NCBI GenBank assembly: GCA_003427395.1
Contig: BFEA01000021.1
Span: 3,853,064-3,917,063, forward strand
DNA: 64,000 nucleotides
Reading direction: 5' to 3'
Source: Chara braunii
Lineage: Eukaryota; Plantae; Charophyceae
Every line of letters starts with the position of its first letter. Position 1 is the first letter of the stretch. Made by a program: the position numbers and the translations under genes. Below, piece after piece: positions 12,487 through 23,015 of this stretch. The notes under the pieces were generated by a model that was not told the origin of the DNA, searched no databases, and was given only the letters and a program-made list of their open reading frames with translations.

Positions 12487-13089
12487 TTATCGTTCCCTTT
12501 CTTCGATCAAATGCCCTATCTCTAGGTATATGTAGTATATCAGCAGAGGGGTAGATGCATGATATTCTCTCTCAGGTATTGCCATTGCGGCTTCCGCAAC
12601 CCTCTCCACTCGGGTCCTCCCTCCGAAGGTTGCATTTACGATGAACATGGGGAGGGTCCCTCTTAGATACGCTGCTGGCGGAAGAAATTCACTCGCCTTC
12701 CTTACCCTCACAGTTCCTATGACCCTCTCAAATTCATTCATACTAGCATCTCTTCTTCTAGATTCGAGCGCTGACTCTGCTATCGATAACAGTCTCGAGA
12801 GAGATCGGTCAATACCTAGTACTAAATTTATTATGATAGCTTGCAGATTTTCTGATGAGATGTACAGGGTAACCCTCTCTACGGCACAGTTTTCGCCTCT
12901 AACCCATCCAGACTCAATCCAGATGAAAGTTTTTTCTCCTACAGAAATCCTCCAACAATACCCTGTCTCTTCATTCTCTTCATGGCGACTGCGAAGATTC
13001 ATTATAAGACCATGCCTCATTTGCACGGGCTCTCTGATCGTGATTTGATATCGGACAGAAGCCATCTCCCTTTCGTCGATATACTCCAC
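12487..13089 (-). CDS. Extra ORF upstream of gag, copy 1 (unknown function)
   Basis: 200-aa ORF; WIESGWVRGE..VERVTLYI, EFLPPAAYLRGTLPMFIV and YYIYLEIG align with the neighbouring ORF. Confidence 0.6.
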   Translation of the reverse strand: MEYIDEREMASVRYQITIREPVQMRHGLIMNLRSRHEENEETGYCWRISVGEKTFIWIESGWVRGENCAVERVTLYISSENLQAIIINLVLGIDRSLSRLLSIAESALESRRRDASMNEFERVIGTVRVRKASEFLPPAAYLRGTLPMFIVNATFGGRTRVERVAEAAMAIPEREYHASTPLLIYYIYLEIGHLIEERER

Positions 13090-13889
13090 CTACCACATAA
13101 CACAAACCAGCCCACACCCCTCTTTATTTAGCTAGCAAACTTTTGACCCTAGGAGCCGATTTTATTCCGCCACCTTCTCCAACCATTTTGGGCCTTTATA
13201 TAACCATTTTCTACAACAAGTAAGATATTAACCCACAGATCTCTATTTGACATAATATAAACAACAAAAATGTTAGGCACACCCTCCTATCAGGAGACGC
13301 AGACTGCGAAACCACAGGAGAGTCAGGTAGGCGAGGTATCTCGCGAGGCCCTTGTTGGTGAGGTAGTGGAAGGACGGTCAGCTGCCTCTCTTGAGACAGT
13401 GGGTAAGGGCTATCATGCGGACGACTAGGCAGCTCGAAGCGTGGTGGAGATTCTCCATATGCCTCGTGTACCTATATGAATAATAAGCCATCTCATCAGG
13501 GTCTGGGGTATGCATGTGTCTTTCCTCCCGGTACCTCTTTGCCCTCAATCCTTCGTCCTTTTTTTCTAGTCCTTCATCATTTGTTTTCCACTCCTCCCTT
13601 TCTTTGGTCAAGTCCACAGGCCTCTCAGGCGCCTTCCCCTGTCTGCCGCCTCTTCCTCTACTAGTTCCGGTCCCACGGCCCTTATGTGCCATACTCGCTA
13701 ACTTTCAGTATAAGTAGGACAATTGTACTTATGTATATTTAGTCCCTATCTTACACACCGATTTATTCGGACCAACTACTCGTCACTAGCTATTAAAGTC
13801 TTAGTTAATTACTGACTTTTAATAATTGTTGTTCTGTCTGGATTTTGCTTTACCCGAGTTAGTTCACTAAGGACCTCGGCTAGAAGCGA

Positions 13890-13909
13890 GATCCCCGGCA
13901 ACGGCGCCA
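13890..13909 (-). promoter_or_regulatory. Primer binding site, tRNA-Asp (element A)
   Basis: Plus strand GATCCCCGGCAACGGCGCCA equals the 3' end of plant tRNA-Asp(GUC) plus CCA; 2 nt from the LTR end. Same PBS type as Athila elements. Confidence 0.93.
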
Positions 13910-15540
13910 CCTATCGCGCGCGTCGGTCCCACACCCAGATGCAAAGTAGTTTTTGTGTCGGACCTCACGGTCGTGTCACGCAGGAGTTTCTTTGTCACTT
14001 TAACGCAATACTAACTCTGACCGTGCGCGCGTGCTATACCTCTCGCGACTCCCTACGACAGGTAAGGGATCCCGCGAGGTACAACATTACCTCCACCTGC
14101 GGGAGCTGTCACCATCCCTTAGGTGGGCGTATCCCTGCTGAGCTACTGACCTACGTGCGAAGACTTTTATATGCAATCGCAGAGGTAGGCCAGCCGAGGG
14201 CGTTTTCTTGATCGCTGTAGCATAGGCATACACGCGGTATAACGCATTAAGACTGATCCGCATGTCGAGCCCCGAGGTGCTAACTCTCCGGACCGACTAT
14301 CTAATCAGGTCGACTTCTCGGACAGTTTTCCACGCTTAACTAACTATGACAATGACTCAACGTTTACTTTGCTCATCATGTGAGAAATGCCAGGGTCAAA
14401 CCCTTTTGTAGTCTCCTATTCACTGAAACAGAAGCCTAAACAAATGACTTTCCGATCCCGACCAACTACGATCTCATTCACAAGTGTATATATATATATA
14501 TATATGTATGTATGTAGATCAGGGGAGCTGACTGAGCGGTGAACCTCACTTTCACGATTGTCGTGCCCCTTTGCCCGAATTTCTCAGACGATCCCAAACT
14601 CAACAGACAACACAAATGTCCAACACCTATGCAAATGCAAGAAACCACATACACGCATACAGATACAGACACAGAATGCACTACAAGCGTCAACCTTTAG
14701 TCCATTCATAGCATGCCACTCACGCCTCAAACCCTTGAAAACAACATTCCTTCCTAACCCTGACTCCTTTTATCCCAACCCCACACGTTTTCGAAAACTC
14801 CTGAGTGTGATTTGGACAATTTAGGCATAGATACAGGAGGAAGATTTATCTGTTCCCTTCTTAGGTCTTGTCTTAGGTGTGGGTGTCAAGCCATGGTGGA
14901 AGTTGAGTCGGAGTTCTACCGACCTGTTATCCAATGATAACAGAATTGCTGTTCTTACGGATTCCCCGTAAGTTCTCCGAAGTATCGCAACCTGTAGACA
15001 CAACACAGTCCAAGAGAAACTTAACATCCCTCTTCCTAACTAATATCTAGACAGTTCCTTCTAGACTCTGTGTCTTCTGTCCGACTCCTATCCTTAACTA
15101 ATCGTTTGGGCTGTTGCCCTCCCGCTTCAGGTAGTGAATAGTAATTCACCCCCTTTTTTACTGTCACAGTAATTCTCCATATCCCTTTCACTATCTCATT
15201 TCTATCCCTTTTCTGGATTATTCTGTCTGAGTTCCCTTCCTTCTCCCAACACACAGGAACACATTATCAATTCAACCTGTGGAAAAGAATCTCAAGGAAA
15301 GAAATCAGACAAATGAATAGTCTCTCTCTGAGGCAAGATCTCACTTATCCCCTCTCAGTAGAATCAGAGATAGTTAGTTAGGACTGAACAATGCAGATTG
15401 TGGAGAAAGTTAGCAGTGGTATGGCAGACCATTCATGATATGTCCACTAGTTACTGGAACTTGTTTGACAAAGGCAAATCTTATGGGTCTTGGCCCTTGT
15501 GAGCCAAAGCACACTTAGCGGTAGGTTTATCCTATGACTC

Positions 15541-16270
15541 GTCACTGATAAGGCAGGTATCCCTGAAACCCCACTACTCTTATATCAGTTTAGTCACTGA
15601 TAAGGCAACATTTCCCTGCTACTCTTATCACTGGCTAGCCCTCAATAAGGCGGGTGTCCAAGGATCTTTTCTATTCTTATCACTGACTACGCGCTACGAT
15701 GTTTATTGATAAGGCAGGTGTCGTTGAAACCTCGCTACTCTTATATCAGACTAGTCACTGATAAGACAGGATTCCCTTGCTACTCTTATCACTGGCTCGC
15801 CCTCAATAAGACGGGTGTCCAAGGATCCTTACTACTCTTACCACTAAATGAATGTTAGGTTTGATCAATGATAAGGCAGGTGTCCTTGAAACCTCACAAC
15901 TCTTATNNNNNNNNNNNNNNNNNNNNNNNNNNNNNNNNNNNNNNNNNNNNNNNNNNNNNNNNNNNNNNNNNNNNNNNNNNNNNNNNNNNNNNNNNNNNNN
16001 NGGATGTCCAAGGATCCTTACTACTCTTACCACTGAATGAATGTTAGGTTTGATCAATGATAAGGCAGGTGTCCTTGAAACCTCACAACTCTTATGCCAG
16101 ACTAGTTACTGATAAGACAGGATTCTCCTGCTACTCTTATCAATGTCTAGCCCTCAATAAGGCGGGTGTCCAAGGATCTTGTTCTTACCATTGACCAAAT
16201 ATAAAGCTCATCAAAGTTAAGGCAGACTGTCCCTACTATTCTTACCTCCACATAAGCCTTATTGATAGAT
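15541..16270. repeat. Array of ~45-55 bp hairpin modules (GATAAGGCAGG...CTACTCTTAT) in ~165-bp higher-order units
   Basis: About a dozen copies visible; N gap at 15907-16001. Confidence 0.85.
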
Positions 16271-16949
16271 CAAGTTATCGCTTTCGATGACACTTGTGCC
16301 CTGAAGCGTTACTAGTTTGAGAAATTATGCTGGATCAGATGCATAATAAGAAATGATCAGTGTGATCCATGGCAATAGCAAGCTCAAATCAAGGTACCCA
16401 CCATCGTTTAGATTGAGTGGAGAGAGAATGATCGCGAGAGGTTGGCGGCTTGTATCCATACCTCTCAATCAATGCCCACAACAAGATTCATGTACCCGGA
16501 AGCAATCAGTCTCTATTCAGCCAACCTTTTCTTTACCCGCAATCCAAGACCTTTAAAGTTATTGATTCTAAATCCTTAACCCTTATGATCATTGTCACGA
16601 TGATAGCCTGTATGAGACAGCACATGGGTAGAAGCAACGTACCTCGTCGTTCCGTGCCTCCAGAGTTCCGCCTGAACTGCAGCAGAGCTCCCGCAATCGC
16701 CCTGTTACATGGATCAAATATGGAACGGGAGCCTTTTTGTGCATGAGTCCTGATCTCAGTAAGTTATTTGAAAATACTATTTCACTCATGTTGCTTGGAG
16801 ATGGTTATGTACTTATGTGGGGTTTAGGCATATGAAAGCGAGGAGGATGATGGAGGTAAAAGTCGTCATACTTGTTGGCGCCCCATCCTTCGCTCTGTTG
16901 CCTCGCGCCCTATCCGATTCTGATTCTTATTCTAGCATGTGATCTCAAA

Positions 16950-16986
16950 TGATATAAATAATATTAATAATAATGATAATAACATC

Positions 16987-17035
<49 letters not shown>

Positions 17036-18745
17036 TAATAATAAGGAACATGAGAGCGAATGATATCCAAACTCAGGCTGTGAGATCACACAAGTGTCTG
17101 AGTAGCTATATACGAGCAGCTAACACCATAGCACCAGCCAAACAGAGCAATATAACAATATAATGAGCCAAAGCACAGTTTATACTGCTTGCCTACCCTC
17201 CTAACCTCGCACTCACGCAACAGGCCTATTTTGATAGCGAAGTTCAATCTATATGACATTATTATTTAATGCAGACTCCGATTGCACGCCGGGTACGTTT
17301 TCTCTTTTCCTCTTTCCCTATTTTCTCTCTCTTCGTCTGTCTCAATCTTGGTGCGTATGTGTCTCTCACCGCGTATTGTTGCTTTCGTCACAGGTTGTTT
17401 CCCATTACGTATGTCACAGTCTGTGTTCCATGTGGTCAGTGGCACCTGACCAGTCAGTCCTTGTACAACCCAGCAAGTACTGTCTAGGACTGTGTACATC
17501 GTGGGTCAGGGAAACAGGACAGACCAGCGAGTCACAGAAGTAAAATCAAGAGGCTGTGTACAGCCATTCATTCATTTCCTGTGGAGCCATGCGAAAGTGT
17601 TGCTACATCATCGTATGCAATAGTGCTCTGCGGATGCCCAGAGTGTTTAGTAGCACGCGTGCTGTGTGAGCGCACAGTATCACGTGTGAGACCTCCAAGA
17701 TGGCTCAGTGTGTGTGCACAATGTGTTGCTGGGCGCTGTGTTGTTACATCCATTGAAAGGTGATCTTTTATCTAGCTGCCATATCTCTGAGTATAGCGTG
17801 GGCTCACGTTGCTGGTTTACTGCGCTGCTGTTTACATGCGCGAAAAGAGAACGAGTCTGATTGCAGCCAATGATAATAATAATAATAATAACAATAATAA
17901 TAATAAATCTTGGATGAAGCATAGAAATCCAGAATCCAAAATCACACTGATGTCCATGCAGTCAAAGCCAGATAGCACAATGGAATCAAGTAACCATCCA
18001 TTTGAGACTAATACAGCAGAATCGTGAGTAATGTCCAGGCACAACCGGGCAACTCCAACATCATAACCCAATGCAACTCTCTCTCTCGAGCAGCGCCGGG
18101 CGCCCTATCTACACTACAGCCTATTCTCTATGACTATAGTATGAAAACAACCAGACAATTTGACGACCAGTGAGTGATGACTTCAATACCACTGTCGAGT
18201 CCCTCTCCACCAGGTACATCTTCTCTTCACCCACACTCTTCCTTGATAACTCACACAACTCCCTTCACCTCTACTGCACCCTCATGTGGTCAAACTATGG
18301 CCGCCAGTGCCCCTGTATGCAGGTAGCGTCCTACATCCTAGTGCTAGCCTGCCTCATCCCAACGCAGCGCAGCAATGCATAGCGTAGCAGCTTGCATTCG
18401 CCCTGCGTGCCAGCAATGCCCGCATTGGCCAAGACCCCTGCCCACTCGCATTTTCTGCCTATACGCCAATGCTGCGTCTGGGCGGTCTGCCGTGAGCCTG
18501 CGTTTCATACCCAGACCCTACGCCCATGACTTATTGATGGCAATGCTTCTTTCTCATCGATCTACAACGGCAATGCTGCAACTGTCTCATACCCACCTTA
18601 CGAGAATATTTGAAAGAAAAGGCCTGTTCGTGGATATCCTGACCAACATTCACTTAGGGTGGTCACAGATCTGGCCCGCCTTCACTAAGGGCGGTCATAG
18701 GTCTGTTGTGCTGCCTTTACATACGTGGGAAGTGTGAATGTACAC

Positions 18746-18794
<49 letters not shown>

Positions 18795-19937
18795 CGCAAG
18801 GGACTTGAATGTGAACGAAGCCCGTAATCCAAAATCGCAAAGTCACACTGAAGCCCAAGCAGTCAAAACAAGAGCAGATAGCACATTGGAACCGAGTAGT
18901 CATCCATTTGAAAAGATACAGCAGAAATATGAGTCAATGTCCGTAGCCCAATCGTGCAACATAAACAACATAACCCAATATAGCCCCTTTCTCTTGAATG
19001 GCGTCCGGCGCCCTATCACAGCCTAATTCGGCATGGAAGCAATCAGACAACCAGGCGGCCGGTTAGAGATGACGTAGACATCAATGCCGACCTCTTCTCT
19101 TATCCAGGTACGTCTCTCTCTTCACTCACATTCTCCCTTGGTAACCCACACAGCGCCTTTTACCTTTGAGGAACCCCCCTCACCCTTTCTCCTCTGCGCA
19201 CACAGGCAGTCAGGAGGCCTGCAGTGAGCCCGGAGGACGCAGTGAGCGTGTGTAATTGTGTCCCCGTGTGTAAGTGACTGTGTCACTGCGTGTCACCGTA
19301 TCACAGTATCTGTGTGGTTGTTGCAGTGCACTGCCCTGCCTGTTGACCTGTTCGTCAGTCTTTGTCCGTTTGTCATCTGTCTGTTCGTGCCAACTGTCTG
19401 TTAGTGTTGCCTGCCTGTCTGTGTTGAGCCTGTCTGCCTACCGCAACCCGTTCTGGCTGCCGATGTCCGACCGCCTACTTCAGACTATCTATCTGTTTGA
19501 TAGTCTGAATGTCTGTGTCTGTCGGCCTCCCCTTCTTTCCTCTCACCGGGGATGCGGTACGGCTCAATTAGTTCCAGTCCAGCCAGTCCAATCCAGTCAA
19601 GCAAGTACCGACCGGGGCTGTGTACACCGTGGGTCAGGGAAACAGGGCAGACCAACGAGTCACAAAAATATAATTCGAGAGGCCGCGCACAAACATTCAT
19701 TCATTATCCAGCGGAAGCCACGTGGAAACGCTGTCCCAACGTCTTGTGCGAGGAAGCCTGCACCAACGCCTGAGGACGAAGTGTGCTGAAGGTTAGTTAG
19801 TGCAGCCATAGCTTCCGTAGTCAGTGATAGGCGAGTTCACGAATGTGTTACGGAGGGCGTGCGTGTCGTCAGTTTGCTGTGCCTCCGTTTTGCTGTCACG
19901 AGAAGTGCGAAGAAAAATGAGCCTGTTTGTAGAATAG

Positions 19938-19968
<31 letters not shown>

Positions 19969-21431
19969 TAATAATAATAATAATTGAACTTCAGAAAATC
20001 TGACAGTATCATTCACCTGAGGCCAGATAGTCTTGGCCTTGAATCAACAACAGACTTGCATCACCGGATTCACTAAATAAGAACACACCAATAGTTTATA
20101 ATTTGCTACGCTGAAAATGTCCCATCCTCATTCATTCACAAAAAATCAGAGTTGATATCCTATCTGGCGATAGGCGCTCAGACTACAACTGGCAGATCCT
20201 ATCTAGCCTAATACTACATCGCCAAGATGTCAACGATCAGCTTCCCGAAGTACGATCATACAGCGGCCTATGTTGTATGCTATTAGCACCAGGTACGTCT
20301 CTCACTACACTCACAACCTGTTTCTCACCACACAGATGCCATATGCACCCAAGGACCACCCGGCGCCACACCCAGCTCATGGTGGTGCAGCTCGGCTATG
20401 GATGCCCGCCGCTTCCTGCACGCCCGCGAGAGTGTGAGTGCCCAGCCAGCCAATAGCGCAGTAGTGCTCACGCAGCCTGCAGTCTGTTCCCAAATGCCCA
20501 ATAAGGAGGCAGACCCCTTTGCTGTCTCGAAGCGGCCTGCCTACGTCCAGTCCCAGGGAGCTTCCTGTAGGCCCCGGTAGTATGAGGCCCAGCACGATCT
20601 AGAACAGGCCTGGGGCCTGTGGTGGTTGTATGTGCCAACTGTCTCTGGCATGTGACCCAGTACCCTCATCCAGCCCGGGGCCTGGATTCTTTTAACCAAC
20701 TGGCTCTGCGCAACTGCGGAATTTTCCCTCTAGTTGCGCGGTGATCAGAGTAGGCCCTGAAGGTCTCGTCGAGCCTGCCTTCACTAAGGGCGGCCGACTT
20801 TCTGCAAAATGGGGTCTAACGGGGCTCATAGAGGCAAGTGCCAAGTGGTCACGTGGCGAGTCAAGTGGTGGACTAGACTGCCGTGCAAATGCATAGAATA
20901 GCAGTGAGTCCACAGTCCGTTAGTGGTAAGGTTCGGTCAGTCCCAGTCTGGTCTAGCAAGTTCCACACGGGACTGTGTGCACTTTGGGCTAGGGAAATGG
21001 ACCAGATCAGGGCCCTACAGAAGTATAAGTCAAGAGGCAGCGCCTCAGTTATTCATTCGTTCATGCGAAAGCCATGCGGAAGTGCTGTCTCAGCATCTTG
21101 TGCAAGGAGGTCCGTAGGAGGCCCGAAGATAAAGCGAGCGAGAGTGACGTAGTGTGGTCATAGCGGTAGTGGTGACTAGAGCCGCCACGACCGTAGCTGG
21201 TGCGTGGTGCATGTGTTGTGTGTGGGTGTTTCTGATTGTCGCGTATGGGATATCCAAGGGCGATCCAGAGTGTGAACATCGTGTTGTTTGGGCGCTCAGT
21301 CGCCATAGTCAGCGGAAGTGAACTGTTATCTAGAAACCATATCTCTGATTATTGTGTGGGCGCATGTCGCTGGTTCGTTGTGAAGCCTGTTCGCAGGTCC
21401 AAGAAGCTAGGGAGAAAACAAGTCTGATTGT

Positions 21432-21486
<55 letters not shown>

Positions 21487-21909
21487 TAATGATGCAGGAC
21501 ACGAGCAAGAGTGAGCATCAGAAACCAAACAGCATCACATCCATGAGACCAGACAACCGTGACCTTGGGCCTGTAGTAGCGTTGCATAACGAGTTTCACC
21601 TAATAAGAACACACCAAGAGTTCATAATTGACAATGCTGAACTAGTTCCACCATCATCAACGAAGGACTAGAGTTGATAACCTATTTGGTGCCCGGCGCC
21701 CAAACTAAGTATGGCAGATCGTATCTAGCTGACGCCAACAACTTTCTCTACTACGAGCAGATCTCAGCCAATGTAGTTCGTGTTAGGTGTCAGGTACGTC
21801 TCTCATGCTACATTCTCATTCTCCCTTGTTACCCTTCATATTTCCCTTCACTTACAGCCTCGCGCCTCACTACACAGATGCCACTCATACCCAAAGAACT
21901 ATCAGACAC

Positions 21910-21973
<64 letters not shown>

Positions 21974-23015
21974 AAGAAATGAGTGAAGGCAAATCTTCAG
22001 AAAACAGGGTCATACACATGGTGGCCAGATAGTCGTGGCCCCAACCCAAGCAGACTACTATTACTAGTTTCACCGAATAAGAACCTAGCAANNNNNNNNN
22101 NNNNNNNNNNNNNNNNNNNNNNNNNNNNNNNNNNNNNNNNNNNNNNNNNNNNNNNNNNNNNNNNNNNNNNNNNNNNNNNNNNNNNNNNNNNNNNNNNNNN
22201 NNNNNNNNNNNNNNNNNNNNNNNNNNNNNNNNNNNNNNNNNNNNNNNNNNNNNNNNNNNNNNNNNNNNNNNNNNNNNNNNNNNNNNNNNNNNNNNNNNNN
22301 NNNNNNNNNNNNNNNNNNNNNNNNNNNNNNNNNNNNNNNNNNNNNNNNNNNNNNNNNNNNNNNNNNNNNNNNNNNNNNNNNNNNNNNNNNNNNNNNNNNN
22401 NNNNNNNNNNNNNNNNNNNNNNNNNNNNNNNNNNNNNNNNNNNNNNNNNNNNNNNNNNNNNNNNNNATAATAAAATAATAATACTAATATCAGTAATAAT
22501 AATAATAATGGTGTAATAAAAATAAGCAACAGTCAAATGTCAATTCCAGGCTGCACCACCCTACTGAAAGCCAAATATCGCAGTGTTTCAGAGAGTGGCC
22601 TTGCCCTGACAATACACCAATGGAGACTCGTAGAGCGGAAAACCGATGTCCTTGGAGAGCGTACTCTCTCCTTTCAACACAAGAGTTCAGATCCCTCATA
22701 CTCACACCTGGCGCTCAGCGCCCAGCCCACATCAACATAGTTACTGCAAACTACAATAGGACAATGCAACTGTTGACATTAGCGCCAGCCCGGAGTACTT
22801 GAAATGTCGTTGACGTTGACCATCGCCAACTACGGGGTAAGTACCCTCTCCCCATCTTTTACGTCATCATCATTGTCTCGTCACCTTTGCCACCTTTATC
22901 ATCACCCCGATATCATCATCATCATCATCTTCCCGACATCATCATCATCATCATCCTCCCGACATCATCATCATCATCATCATCCCGACATCATCATCAT
23001 CATCATCATCCCGAC
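16950..23015. repeat. Degenerate array of ~0.5-1.5 kb modules separated by (AAT)n tracts, ending in (ATC)n
   Basis: Seven (AAT)n tracts (~16955, 17870, 18746, 19938, 21433, 21911, 22467). Recurrent motifs GGGTCAGGGAAACAGG, CCAGATAG, AATAAGAAC, CAGGTACGTCTCTC, TTCACTAAGGGCGG. Confidence 0.75.

Noticed and set aside
15815-16095. Near-exact duplication flanking the N gap
   Set aside because: Looks like unmerged contig overlap across the scaffold gap; copy number there is unreliable.
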